Made by a program: the position numbers and the translations under genes. From an uncultured bacterium (GTDB taxonomy: Bacteria > Actinomycetota > Acidimicrobiia > Spongiisociales > ZC4RG35), in NCBI GenBank assembly GCA_963751005.1, contig CAVVSY010000012.1, forward strand, positions 27,557 to 91,556: 64,000 nucleotides of DNA, written 5' to 3'. Shown piece by piece: positions 36,872 to 47,524 of this stretch. A model generated the notes under the pieces. The model was not told the origin of the DNA, did not search any database, and saw only the letters and a list, made by a program, of their open reading frames with translations. Each line of letters opens with the position of its first letter. Position 1 is the first letter of the stretch.

Positions 36872-36916
36872 AGCGTGTGCAGATGAAGTCGCATAGCGAC
36901 TTCATCTGCACACGCT
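36872..36916. terminator. 45-bp perfect palindrome (21-bp arms, 3-nt loop) between convergent genes; bidirectional terminator candidate
   Basis: AGCGTGTGCAGATGAAGTCGC-ATA-GCGACTTCATCTGCACACGCT, read directly from the sequence. The last base is shared with the stop codon of the minus-strand dehydrogenase. Confidence 0.7.
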
Positions 36917-37854
36917 CAGGTCGACGGGTACCGCGCCGGGAGGACGCGGCCCTCCACCCCGGCGATGAGGTTGTCGATGGCGAGGGTGGCCATCGCCGTT
37001 CGCGTCCGGATCGACGCCGAGGCGATGTGAGGCACCACCAGGCAATTGTCCAACTCGAGCAGGGGGTGTCCGGCCGGGAGTGGCTCGGGGTCGGTGACGT
37101 CCAGCGCCGCCCCGGCGATCCGGCCACCCGCCAGGGCGTCGACGAGGGCATCGGTGTCAACGACCGGGCCGCGGGAGACGTTCACCAGATATGCAGACGG
37201 CTTCATGGCCGCCAGCTCCGCGGCGCCGATCAGACCACGGGTCGACTCGTCGAGCCGGGTGCAGAGGATCACGTGATCGGCACGCGACAACAGTACGTCC
37301 AATGAGACATGCTCCTCCTCGCCGATCACAGGACGGGGCGACGAGTACAAGACCTCCATATCGAACCCGCGGGCTCGACGGGCCACCGCGGCGCCGATCC
37401 GGCCCATGCCGACGATCCCGAGCACCGTTCCATGCAGATCGCCGCCAGCGAGATGAAAGGGGTCCCAAGGCCCCCACCGTCCGGACCGCACCTCTCGCTC
37501 ACCTTCGGGGAGACGACGCACCACCGCCGCCAACAGGGCGAACGCGCTGTCGGCGACGGTCTCAGTGAGGACATCGGGGGTGTGGCCGAGGGCGATCCCA
37601 CGTGCCACACACACGGCGACATCGACGTTGTCGACGCCGACTGCCATCAGGGAGACGACCTTCAAGGCCGGCGCCTGGTCGAGGAGCGCTCCGTCGACCC
37701 GATCGGTGAGCATGCAAAGCAGACCGGAGACTCCCGCTACTTCCCGACGGAGGACGTCGAACGGGACCGGCCCGGCCCCCTCCCAGACCGACAGATCGAA
37801 TCGTTCCAGACGTTCCAGGCCGGGAATCGACTTGGTCACATAGACACGGGTCAC
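36916..37854 (-). CDS. D-isomer-specific 2-hydroxyacid dehydrogenase (glyoxylate/hydroxypyruvate reductase-like)
   Basis: ORF 36916..37971 with GTG 37854. NAD motif GIVGMGRIGAAVARR, NVSRGPVVD and VVPHIASAS (catalytic His). Intact. Confidence 0.85.
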   Translation of the reverse strand: MTRVYVTKSIPGLERLERFDLSVWEGAGPVPFDVLRREVAGVSGLLCMLTDRVDGALLDQAPALKVVSLMAVGVDNVDVAVCVARGIALGHTPDVLTETVADSAFALLAAVVRRLPEGEREVRSGRWGPWDPFHLAGGDLHGTVLGIVGMGRIGAAVARRARGFDMEVLYSSPRPVIGEEEHVSLDVLLSRADHVILCTRLDESTRGLIGAAELAAMKPSAYLVNVSRGPVVDTDALVDALAGGRIAGAALDVTDPEPLPAGHPLLELDNCLVVPHIASASIRTRTAMATLAIDNLIAGVEGRVLPARYPST

Positions 37855-37898
37855 CGAAGCGAGGCTAAACGGATGCCAACACGCGCCGATAACATCGG

Positions 37899-38702
37899 AT
37901 GATGTCGCGAAGGGCCCTCCTGCTCCTCGTCGCTCTCCTGGCACTGGCTGCCTGTGGAGACGGCTCTGCAAGAGGCGTGGTCGAGGACTCGACGATGAGG
38001 GACGCGCCCACGTTGTCCGTCAACGACGTGGCCCCGTTCGGCTCCCCGGCACCTGTCGACACCCGGCCGGTCTGGGAAGGGTTCGCCGCCACCAACACCG
38101 ACCCTGGCGCCCTGACCGCGATCGTGCACGGGCCCCTCGAGGTGTTCGAGACCCCCGGGACGATCGAGCCGATGCTCGTGGTGGAGCCGGAGACGATCCT
38201 GGGCACGGTGACCGTGCTCGGCGTGGCCACGGCGCCGAAAGACGGCTGGGTCGAGCTCATGCTCCCGGTCCGGCCCAACGGGACCACGGGTTGGGCCCGC
38301 GCCGAGCAGCTCTCGTACTACGTGGCGGACGGTCTCATCGTGGTCGATCTCGACGCCCGAGAGCTGACCTACCTGGTCGACGGTGCCGAGGTCCTCTCCA
38401 CCGAAGTCGGGGTGGGGAGCCGGCACAACGAGACCCCGCCTGGTGAGTATTTCGTCACCGACGTGGTGACGTTGTCCAACCCCAACAGCCCCTGGGGCCC
38501 GCACGCCCTCGGGCTCTCGGCGCGCTCGGAGACCATCACCGAGTTCAACGGTGGGGACGGCATCATCGGGATCCATGGGACCAACAACGCGAGCTCGATC
38601 GGCGCCAACATCTCGCTCGGATGTATCCGCCTCCCCAACGAGATGATCACCGCCCTCCACGGCATGGTGGCCATCGGGACCCGGGTGGTCATCGAGGCCT
38701 GA
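37899..38702 (+). CDS. L,D-transpeptidase (YkuD domain) lipoprotein
   Basis: ORF 37899..38702. Lipobox LALAAC. Catalytic motif GIHGTNNASSIGANISLGCIRL. Intact. Confidence 0.85.
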   Translation: MMSRRALLLLVALLALAACGDGSARGVVEDSTMRDAPTLSVNDVAPFGSPAPVDTRPVWEGFAATNTDPGALTAIVHGPLEVFETPGTIEPMLVVEPETILGTVTVLGVATAPKDGWVELMLPVRPNGTTGWARAEQLSYYVADGLIVVDLDARELTYLVDGAEVLSTEVGVGSRHNETPPGEYFVTDVVTLSNPNSPWGPHALGLSARSETITEFNGGDGIIGIHGTNNASSIGANISLGCIRLPNEMITALHGMVAIGTRVVIEA

Positions 38703-38710
38703 GCGAGGCT

Positions 38711-39569
38711 CTAGCGGGGGAAGACCGCCGCGTTCGACAGCACCGTGTTGCCGCGCTCCATCACTTCCGCCGAGAGCACCAAACGGTCGTCTTCGGCCCA
38801 GATCCTGGTCACCAGGGTCTCACCGGGGAAGACATGGCCGCTGAACCTGGCTTCATAGCCCGCCACCGCACCGGCATCCCCGCCGAGGGCCGTATCGACG
38901 ACGGCCTTGATCACGATCCCGTAGGTGCACAGCCCGTGGAGGATGGGACGGTCGAAGCCGGCGAGGGCAGCGAACCCGGGATCGGCGTGGAGCGGGTTCC
39001 TGTCTCCAGACGCCAGCCGATAGAGAAGCGCCTGCTGCGGAAGGGTCGGCGACTCCACCACATGGTCGGGGGCACGCTCGGGCGCAGCATTGGCTCGGGT
39101 GGGGCCGGGGTCACCACCGAACCCACCCTCGCCCCGCACGTAGATCCCCGACCGGTTGGTGAACAACGTCTCGCCGGTCTTGGCCAGCACCGAGACCACC
39201 TCCAGGACCACGAGGGCGCCGCGGCCCCGGTCGTAGACATTCGACCACCGACCCGGTCTGATGTACCTCACCGACGATGGGTATCGGAGCATGGACCGTG
39301 AGGCTCTGGTCGCCATGGAGGATCGCCGCCAGGTCGAGGTCGAGACCGTCGACCGACCCCAAACTCATCATCATGTCGAACGGAGGGATGGTCCCGAAGG
39401 TCGGCAGCGCCTGCAGGTCGCCCTCGTACGCGTACCTGAGCTCGCCGGGGTCGTCGGGCGGGTTGCCCGCCCCAACGGCGATGTTGTAGAGGATCACGTC
39501 CTCGTCGGTCCAGCTGAAGGTCGTGTCGCCGAGCCCGGCGCCGACCGCCTTGGCCACGTCGATCGGCAT
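38711..39569 (-). pseudogene. MaoC-like (R)-specific enoyl-CoA hydratase, double hot-dog, single frame break near 39250
   Basis: The N-terminal half (MPIDVAKAV...ILHGDQSLTVHAPIP) is in ORF 39111..39797. The C-terminal half (ASGDRNPLHADPGFAALAGFDRPILHG) is in ORF 38711..39316. The ATG overlaps the SDR stop (ATGA at 39569). Confidence 0.8.
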
Positions 39570-40477
39570 CAGCCGGCGAGACGCGCGCCGAGCAGCATGA
39601 TCTCTTCGTTGCTGCTGGCCGGGATGACGTACTCGGAGATGTCCCTGATCTCGTCGACATGGGCGCTCATCTCCTCCGCAGTTGGCTTCGAGCCCGCGCC
39701 GGCGAACCATCCCTGGTTGGTGCCGATGAAGATGCGGCCGTAACGCCCGCCCCCCACGGTGAAGATCTCGTGGCTGAACTGATTGGCCTCCGAGCACAGA
39801 TACACCACCAGCGGAGTGACCTGTTCGGGATCGACCATCTCCGCGAGAGGGCCGAGGAGGTCTTCGGTCATCCGGGTGCGGGCGATCGGGGCGATGGCGT
39901 TGGACTTGATGTTGTACTTCTCGCCCTCGATGGCGATCACGTTGGACAGGCCGACCAAGCCCATCTTCGCCGCCCCATAGTTGGCTTGGCCGAAGTTGCC
40001 GAAGAGCCCCGAGGCCGAGGCGGTGAAGACGAACCTGCCGTACGAGTTCTCCCGCATCACCTGAAATGCCGGCGAGGACACATGGAAGCCTCCCTTGAGG
40101 TGGACATCGAGGACGGCTCCCACCTCGGCCATGGTCATCTTGGCGAAGGACTTGTCCCTGAGGATGCCGGCGTTGTTGACCACGATGTCGACGGTCCCGA
40201 ACGCATCGACGGCAGCCGAGACGATGGCGGCCCCGCCCTCCTCGGTCGACACCGAGTCGTAGTTGGCGATGGCCTCGCCCCCGGCGGCCTCGATCTCCGC
40301 GACCACTTGGTCGGCGGCGGACTCCGAGGAGCCGCTGCCGTCCACCGCCCCACCGAGGTCGTTCACGACGACACGTGCCCCTCGTCTCGCCAGTTCCAGG
40401 GCATAGGTCCGGCCCAACCCCCCACCGGCCCCGGTCACGACGGCGACCCGGCCGTCGAAGCTGACTGTCTCACTCAT
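39569..40477 (-). CDS. SDR-family 3-hydroxyacyl-CoA dehydrogenase (resembles the dehydrogenase domain of multifunctional enzyme type 2)
   Basis: ORF 39569..40477. VTGAGGGLGRTYA, NNAGILRD, YGAAKMG. Intact. Confidence 0.8.
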   Translation of the reverse strand: MSETVSFDGRVAVVTGAGGGLGRTYALELARRGARVVVNDLGGAVDGSGSSESAADQVVAEIEAAGGEAIANYDSVSTEEGGAAIVSAAVDAFGTVDIVVNNAGILRDKSFAKMTMAEVGAVLDVHLKGGFHVSSPAFQVMRENSYGRFVFTASASGLFGNFGQANYGAAKMGLVGLSNVIAIEGEKYNIKSNAIAPIARTRMTEDLLGPLAEMVDPEQVTPLVVYLCSEANQFSHEIFTVGGGRYGRIFIGTNQGWFAGAGSKPTAEEMSAHVDEIRDISEYVIPASSNEEIMLLGARLAG

Positions 40478-40492
40478 CTCGTATTTCCTTTC

Positions 40493-41641
40493 TCAGAGCC
40501 CGAGGGACCGACCGATGATCTCCTTCATGATCTCGGTGGTCCCCCCGTAGATCGTCTGCACCCGCGCGTCCCGGAAGGCGCGGGCGATCGGGTACTCCTC
40601 CATGTAGCCCCAGCCACCGAACAGCTGGAGACACCTGCTGATGACTCGGTTCTCCAACTCCGTGACCCACCACTTGGCCTTCGCCGCCTCCTCGGCGGAG
40701 AGCTCACCGGCGTTGAGGGCGAGGATCTGGGCGTCGACATAACTCTGGGCGATGTCCAACTCGGTGCGCATCTCGGCCATGGCGTGCTTGACGGTCTGGA
40801 AGCTCCCGATCCGCTGTCCGAAAGCGCGACGCTCCTTGATGTAGTCCAACGTCCACCCGAAGGCGACCTGGGCATGCGCCAGCGAGCCGGCGGTCAGCGA
40901 GAGTCTCTCCTGCGGGAGGTTGGAGACCAGGTGGACGAATCCGCTGCCCTCCTCCCCGAGGAGGTTGTCGACGGGCACCCTGACGTCGTCGAAGAACAGC
41001 TCGGCGGTGTCCTGGGCATGGAGCCCGATCTTCTCCAGGTTCCGCCCGCGGGAGAAACCGGGCATCCCGTCCTCGATCACGAGCAAGCTCATCCCGGCGT
41101 GACGCTGCTCGGGATCGGTCTTGACCGCGGTCACCACGAGATCGGAGTTGATCCCGTTGGTGATGAACGTCTTCGACCCGTTGACGACGTAGGAATCACC
41201 ATCCCGGATGGCAGTGGTCTTGATCCCGGCCAGATCGGAGCCGGCACCGGGCTCGGTCATGGCGATCGCGCCCATCAGCTCACCGGAGACGAGCCCTGGG
41301 TACCAGCGGACCTTCTGCTCCTCGCTGCACAGCTCGAGGAAGTACGGGAGCACGACGTCGTTGTGGAGGGTGATGCACATCCCGGAGGCGAACGCGTCCG
41401 CGGCCATCATCTCCTCGACGATCACCACGTTGAACCGGAAGTCGGAGACCCCGGCACCGCCGTGCTCCTCCGGGACGGCCATGGCGAGGAGCCCGGCCGA
41501 ACCGGCCCGGCGGAACATCTCCTTGTCCACCCGCCCCGCGCTCTCCCACTCGGTGACGTTGGGGACGATCTCTCGTCGGATGAACTCCCGCGCAGTCTCT
41601 CTGAAGAGCTCGTGGTCGCTCTCGAAGATCGTCCTCTTCAT
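40493..41641 (-). CDS. acyl-CoA dehydrogenase
   Basis: ORF 40493..41641. AMTEPGAGSD, FITNG and QLFGGWGYMEEYPIARAFRDARVQTIYGGTTEIM. Intact. Confidence 0.9.
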   Translation of the reverse strand: MKRTIFESDHELFRETAREFIRREIVPNVTEWESAGRVDKEMFRRAGSAGLLAMAVPEEHGGAGVSDFRFNVVIVEEMMAADAFASGMCITLHNDVVLPYFLELCSEEQKVRWYPGLVSGELMGAIAMTEPGAGSDLAGIKTTAIRDGDSYVVNGSKTFITNGINSDLVVTAVKTDPEQRHAGMSLLVIEDGMPGFSRGRNLEKIGLHAQDTAELFFDDVRVPVDNLLGEEGSGFVHLVSNLPQERLSLTAGSLAHAQVAFGWTLDYIKERRAFGQRIGSFQTVKHAMAEMRTELDIAQSYVDAQILALNAGELSAEEAAKAKWWVTELENRVISRCLQLFGGWGYMEEYPIARAFRDARVQTIYGGTTEIMKEIIGRSLGL

Positions 41642-41650
41642 CGGGTGCGG

Positions 41651-43493
41651 TCAGACTCCCACGTACATCGAGTCGATCTGGTCGGCGTACTTCTCCAGCA
41701 CCACCCGACGCTTCAGCTTGAGCGACGGTGTCACCTCGCCCGAGTCCGGTGTCCACTCGTCGGGGACGACGAGCCACTTCTTGACCTGCTCGACCCGGGC
41801 CACCGACTCGTTGGCCTCGGCCACCGCGGCCGCAACCTCTTCCTGGACCTGGGGCAGTTGGGAGAAGCTGGCCAGATCGGTGTACTCGATGCCCCGTGCG
41901 GCGGCCCAGTCGGGTGCCTCCTCGTGATCGAGGGCGATGACCATCGTCAGGAACTTGCGCTGATCGCCGATCATGCACGCCTTGGAGATGAGGGGGTGGT
42001 TGCCCAGCAGGGTCTCCAGCTTCGCCGGGGCGATGTTCTTGCCCGCCGCGGTGATGATGATCTCCTTCTTGCGACCCACGATCCAGACGAAGCCGTCCTC
42101 GTCGATCCGGGCGAGGTCGCCGGAGTGGAGCCAGCCGTCGGCGTCGAAGGTCTCCCGGGTCGACTCGTCCATCTTGTAGTAGCCCTGCGCCACGATCCCG
42201 CCGCGCATCTGGAGCTCCCCGTCGTCCTCGATGGCGACTTCGACGCCGGGCAGCGCCAATCCCACGGAGCCGAACTTGTTCTTCCCGGGCAAGGTCGCCG
42301 TCGCCGGGCCCGTGTTCTCCGACATCCCGTAGATCTCGTGGAGGGGGATCCCGATGATGTGGAAGAACTTGATCAGGTCGGGGTTGATCGGGGCGGCGGC
42401 GGTGATGGCGATAGTCACATCCTCCATCCCGAGGCCCTCACGCACCTTGGAGAGGGCGATGCCGTCGAGCAGACCCGCCAATGCCGGGCCCTTCTTGCCC
42501 TGGGCCTCCGCTTCCACCCGTTTGGTGTTGGCATCCAGGGCCTTCTTGAGGATCGTGCCCTTGAGACCCTCGGCCTCGGCGAAACGGGCCTGCAGCCGGG
42601 AGTGGAACTTCTCGTACACCCGAGGGACGCCGACGAACAGCGTCGGCTTGGCGATCTGGATGTACTCCAGCACGCCGGCGAGGTTGGGGCAGTACCAGAC
42701 CTGCCCGGCGAGATAGGTGCCGAGGTAGTGGGTGGCGAGACGCTCGGCGATGTGCGCCAGGGGCAGGTAGGAGACCATCCGCAGCCCGACCTCGAGATTG
42801 GCCGCCCGACGCAGGCTCTCCAGGGTCCACATCACATTCCGCTGGGTGATCATCACGCCCTTCGGCGTTCCCGTGGTGCCCGAGGTGTAGATCAGGGTCG
42901 CCAGGGTGTCGGGGGTGATGGCGGACGACGGACCTCTTCACCGAGTCGGGGTCGCCCTCGAGGTGGTGGATGCCCTTGGCGACCAGCTCGTCCCAACCGA
43001 CCACCCAGTCGGTGGTGTCATAGTTCTCCGCACCGGACATGAGCACGACGTAGCGGAGGTTGGGCAGCTCGCTGCGAATCTCCTCGAAGCGCTTCATGAA
43101 CTCGAGATCCTCGAGGATCGCGACGGTGGCCTTGCAGTTGTTGGCGATGTACTGGATCTGGTTGGCGGCCAGTGTCGAGTAGATGGTTACCGGGGTCGCC
43201 CCGGCATGGACCGCGGCGAAGTCGGCGATGACGTGCTCGGGGCGGTTTCCGGCCATGATGGCGACGAACTCCCCGTCACCCACCCCCAGAGACTGCAGAC
43301 CGGCGGCGGCCTGATGCACGACGTCCCGGTACGCAGACCACGTCATGCTCTTCCAGTCGCCATCCTTCCAGTGGATCGCGGCCTGATCGGGGTACGTGTC
43401 TGCGTTCCGGTTGAACGAGTCCACGATGGTCTTTCCCTCGATGACGGCATCGATCTCGGCTCGTTCGGCGAGCACAGCAGCATTGTCGATCAC
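41651..43493 (-). pseudogene. AMP-dependent long-chain acyl-CoA ligase (FadD-like), 2 frame breaks near 42860-42930
   Basis: The N-terminus is in ORF 42438..43493 (GTG start behind GGAGG). The AMP motif is split by the breaks. The remainder is in ORF 41651..42856 (MITQRNVMW..., GWLHSGDLARIDEDG, GKNIAPAKLE). Confidence 0.85.
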
Positions 43494-43510
43494 ATGAACC
43501 TCCGCACAGG

Positions 43511-44666
43511 TCAGGAGCTGACTCCAGAGACCCCGAGCTTACCGATCTCGCCTCCTGACTAAAGCCGAGGAAGGCCAGGATCTCCTCGGTGCCGGCACCC
43601 TCGGTGTCGACAGGCGGGCGCAGGTCCCCGGCCGGGGTGGCGCTGAAACGGGGGGCCGGGCCGGGTTGGATGACTCCGGCCACTTCCACGAAGGTCCCGC
43701 GGGCCACATTATGGGGGTGGCTCGGGTGCTTCGGCGAGCGAGAGGACAGGGGCGACGCAGGCGTCGGTAGCCTGGAAATGCGACAGCTCCCAGTCGTCCC
43801 TGGTGCGGGTGCGAAAGACCGACTGGCGAGCACGTCGATCGCATGTGGGGCCGGCCAGTTTCGCGGTCGTTCTGTGCTCCGACCGTCTCGCTGGCCCAGG
43901 CCGAGCCCTCGAGAAGCGCAGCGAAGAACTGCGGCTCCAGCGCTCCGACGGCGACATGGCCGCCGTCGGAGGTCCGATAGGCCGAGTAGAAGGGGGCGGA
44001 CTCCGTCGAGGAGGTTCGTCGCCCGCTCCGGCGCCCACCATCCGTCGGCCATGTACCCGTGGTGGGATGCGGTGAGCAGCGCCGATCCATCGGTCATGGC
44101 GGCGTCGACCACCTGGCCTACACCGGTGGCCCGCGTGTGACGAGGGCGGCGAGGACGCCGACCACCAGGAGCATCCCCCCTCCGCCGAAGTCACCGACCA
44201 GATTGAGTGGAGGGGTCGGATCGTCCGCGGGCCTATGCCGTGCAAGGCCCCTGAGACGGCGATGTAGTCGATGTCGTGGCCGGCCATGTCAGCCATCGGG
44301 CCCGTCCTGACCCCACCCGGTCATCCGGCCATAGACCAGGGCCGGATTGCGGGCCAGACACTCCGCCGGCCCCACGCCGAGCCGTTCGGTCACGCCCGGG
44401 CCGAAATCCCTCGATGAGCACCTCCGACGCCGCCGACACAGCGCAGGACGACCTCCCGCCCCTGATCCTCTTGAGGTCGACCGCGACCGAGAGACGACCC
44501 CTGGCGCAGCAGGTCCCGTTGGTGAAGCGGCGAAGAACCTCCGCCACCGACACGCTCGAAGCTGACGACAGTCGCGCCGAGGTCGGCCAGCACCATCCCG
44601 GCGAACGGGGCCGGACCCAGACCTGCGAGCTCGGTGACCACGACGACCGTCGAGGGGACCGGCCAT
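43511..44666 (-). pseudogene. family III CoA-transferase (CaiB/BaiF; alpha-methylacyl-CoA racemase-like), at least 6 frame breaks
   Basis: Fragments lie in all three frames: [25 protein letters not shown] (44390..44641), VLIEGFRPG (44233..44553), [29 protein letters not shown] (44289..44966), [19 protein letters not shown] (43709..44296), HVAVGALEPQFFAALLEG (43539..44090) and EEILAFLGF (43276..44112). Confidence 0.75.
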
Positions 44667-46340
44667 CAGCCCTCGATCACCCGGCCGAGTCGACGAGCAC
44701 GGGAAGCGTCGCGTACGTGGGGTCCATGGCGAAGGCACCGTACATGAGGGTCGCGATGACGACGTTGGCGTTGTCGTCGGCGGCTGAGCAACGGGTCGAG
44801 ACTGGGCGGGCTCCGCCGGGCAGCGCCACCACGATCGGTGTCCCGCCCGGTCCACGAGGAGACATTCCAGAGATCCGACGATGCGGCTGTGAGTTGTGGA
44901 ATCGGGCCGACCAGGTCCCGTCCCGCCACAGCCATCAGACTCGGGCTTCTGATACAGCGGGATCACCGCGATGTCGTCCAGGTAGAGGCGGTCGGCCTGG
45001 TTGTAGAGATCTGCCCGGTCCGTGATCTCGTCGGTCGTCGCCTCTGCCTCGTCGACAGGGCCTCCACGTCAGGGGAGCAGTAGCGATTCACGTTGAGGAC
45101 CGACTCGCCGCATCGAGTATATGTCCCGTCGTCTGGCCGGGATCGTGCGACCACCCTCCACGAGAAGTTGGCCAGCTGCCACGACTCGGGCCCCCAAGGA
45201 GGAAGTCGGAAGCGACGAACGACGAAGGCGTCTTGAAGTGCGGCTCGAGTTCGATCGCCGATCGCTCGCGAGATCGTTCCTCGATGAGATCGAACAGCGT
45301 CACGTCGTGCCGGATCGTCGTTCGTCGTGGCCCAGGTGAACGAGAGACGGGGTACCGCCACACTCGTAGGTCCCGCCACCGTCCCGCACGCACCCGTTGT
45401 CGACCAGGAGCTGCTCGGCGGCGACCGGATCGAAGGCGATGTCGTAGTGGTCCTCGTACTGGTTGGTGCGGCTCATGAAGATCGTGTTGTCGAGACCCAC
45501 GGCATCGGGTTGGACGAGCCGGGCGGTCGCATCGAGCAGGGCCTCCCTGGTCGATAGCCATAGCGATAGCCCGGCGCAGCCAGGGCTGGGAGAGGACGGG
45601 GTCGTCGTGATGGAAGCTGATGATGCTCCCAGAACAGGCCCAGGGGCGACGCTCACAGCTGACACCCCTCCATCTCGCTCAGCTGTTCCAGGGCATCGAC
45701 GTCGGGACGCCCGACTATCACGTCGACGTCTCCGTCGTCGAGGGCCTCGACCATCTCGTCGAGATCGGACATGAACACGAAAGTGACCTGCTCGATGGTC
45801 CCCGACGGGCGCCCGACACCGGATCCTCAGCTGACCAGCCATCGGGAACACGGGAAACCACGATGCTGTCGCCGGGCACCCAGTCGTCGAGCTCGGTAAC
45901 CACCACCTCCCTGCGCCGCACCCGGCCCTATCAGCCGGGAGAACAGCCCGCTCCAGCCACCGTAGGGCACACGGAACTCGACCACCACGTGTTTCGGATC
46001 GGTCGTCTCGAAGCCGGCGATCGTCTCGTATCCCGCCGCTCCCTCCGCCAGTGCGAGTCGATGAGTTCGGACGAAGTCCTCAGCAGTCACCGGCGTGCCG
46101 TCCGGCCAGGTTGCCTCTGGATCGATCGTGTACTCAACACAGAAGGGTGTGGGACACGTCGGCCCGGTCACGGTGTCCATCACCTCGACTCGTGGTCAGC
46201 GCTGTCTCCGGAGAGGACGTCACTGGTGCCGAGCCTGCCGGTTGCGCCGGCCGGGGAGGTTCGGGTCCTGCAGCGACCGGAGCACATGCCGCTACAACGG
46301 CGACAAACGCAACCGACAAGCGGTGCAGACGTGGGCCCAT
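44666..46340 (-). pseudogene. ABC transporter substrate-binding protein, family 5 (peptide/nickel type), second copy, at least 6 frame breaks
   Basis: The lipoprotein signal MGPRLHRLSVAFVAVVAAC is in ORF 46134..46376. Family-like fragments include EYTIDPEATWPDGTPVTAEDFV (45827..46183), the 45300..45851 piece, and [18 protein letters not shown] near 44950. A TGA at 44666-44668 overlaps the racemase ATG. Confidence 0.65.
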
Positions 46341-46441
46341 GCCGTAGATGAAACGACGACACCCGCCTTTTGGCAAGGATTTAGACGTTTTGTGTCAGAT
46401 AGCTCGGCAAAAAGCCGGGTAAACAGACACAGAAACGTGGC

Positions 46442-47524
46442 CTACGACCTCAGGCTCAACTCGGCGCGTGGCGGCCCGGTCCAGTTGCCTTCGGCGTCCA
46501 CCAGATAGCAGGCGACCAGATGATCGTTGCCGCGTTCGTCGAGTGGAGGATGATCGGTGGCGCAGATGTCGGTGGCGAATGGGCATCTGGCAATGAAACG
46601 GCACTGCGCCGCGGGATTGATCGCCCTGGCCACACCACCCTCGATCTCGACCTTCGGTCGCTTGTAAGAGGGGTCGGGGACCGGGACCGCCGAGAGAAGG
46701 GCCCTCGTGTACGGATGCATCGGGTTGGTGAGCAGGTCTTCGGTGGGGCCCATCTCGACGATCTTCCCCAGATACATCACTGCGACCCTGTCGCACATGT
46801 ACCTGGCGACGGCCAGATCGTGAGTGATGTACAGGTAGGTGACCCCGAGCTTCTCTGCGAGCTCGAGCATGAGTCGCATAATCGAGATCCGGATCGACAC
46901 GTCGAGCATCGACGTCGGCTCGTCAGCGACCACAAACGTCGGATCCATGACCAAGGCACGGGCGATGGCGACCCTCTGCCGCTGGCCGCCCGAGAGCTCG
47001 TGCGGGTAGCGGAACAGGAACGGCTCCGGCGGGGTGAGGCCGACCAGACGCAGCAGGTCGACCACCCGCTCCTCACGCTCCTCGGTGGTACCCATGTTCT
47101 GAACGGCCAAAGGCTCGGCGACGATGTCGAAGATCGTCCGTCGCGGATTCATAGACTCGTACGGGTCCTGGAAGATCATCTGGACGTTCTTGCGGAACTC
47201 CTTCTGATCACTCTTGGACGTGATGTCAGTCACCCGAACCATCTCGTCGGTCTCCGAGTCCCTGATCTCGATGGTTCCCGAAGTCGAGTTCTCGAGCTTC
47301 ACCAGCATGCGGCCGGTCGTGGTCTTGCCACATCCGGACTCACCTACCAGGCCGAGTGACCTTCCCGCCTCGATCTCGAAGCTGATGCCGTCGACTGCGT
47401 GGACGAAGTCGATCGGTTTGCGGAACACCCCTCGTGATATCGGGAACAGCTTCTCCAGGTTCTCGACCCGCACCCTGGTCCTGGCTTCGATGGCAGTCGG
47501 GTTCGAGCTCGTCTCGGTCGTCAC
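46442..47524 (-). CDS. peptide ABC transporter ATP-binding protein (OppF/DppF-like)
   Basis: ORF 46442..47524. GESGCGKTT, LSGGQRQRVAIARAL, VVADEPTSMLD and the C-terminal oligopeptide-type extension (CRFIARCPFA). Intact. Confidence 0.9.
   Translation of the reverse strand: MTTETSSNPTAIEARTRVRVENLEKLFPISRGVFRKPIDFVHAVDGISFEIEAGRSLGLVGESGCGKTTTGRMLVKLENSTSGTIEIRDSETDEMVRVTDITSKSDQKEFRKNVQMIFQDPYESMNPRRTIFDIVAEPLAVQNMGTTEEREERVVDLLRLVGLTPPEPFLFRYPHELSGGQRQRVAIARALVMDPTFVVADEPTSMLDVSIRISIMRLMLELAEKLGVTYLYITHDLAVARYMCDRVAVMYLGKIVEMGPTEDLLTNPMHPYTRALLSAVPVPDPSYKRPKVEIEGGVARAINPAAQCRFIARCPFATDICATDHPPLDERGNDHLVACYLVDAEGNWTGPPRAELSLRS

Noticed and set aside
39659-43042. 1127-aa ORF on the plus strand, the longest plus-strand ORF in the region
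   Set aside because: It lies antisense to four well-supported minus-strand genes (SDR, ACAD, acyl-CoA ligase). Its composition is the G/D/L/H/P/R/V-rich pattern typical of shadow ORFs in high-GC DNA, and I recognise no family motifs.
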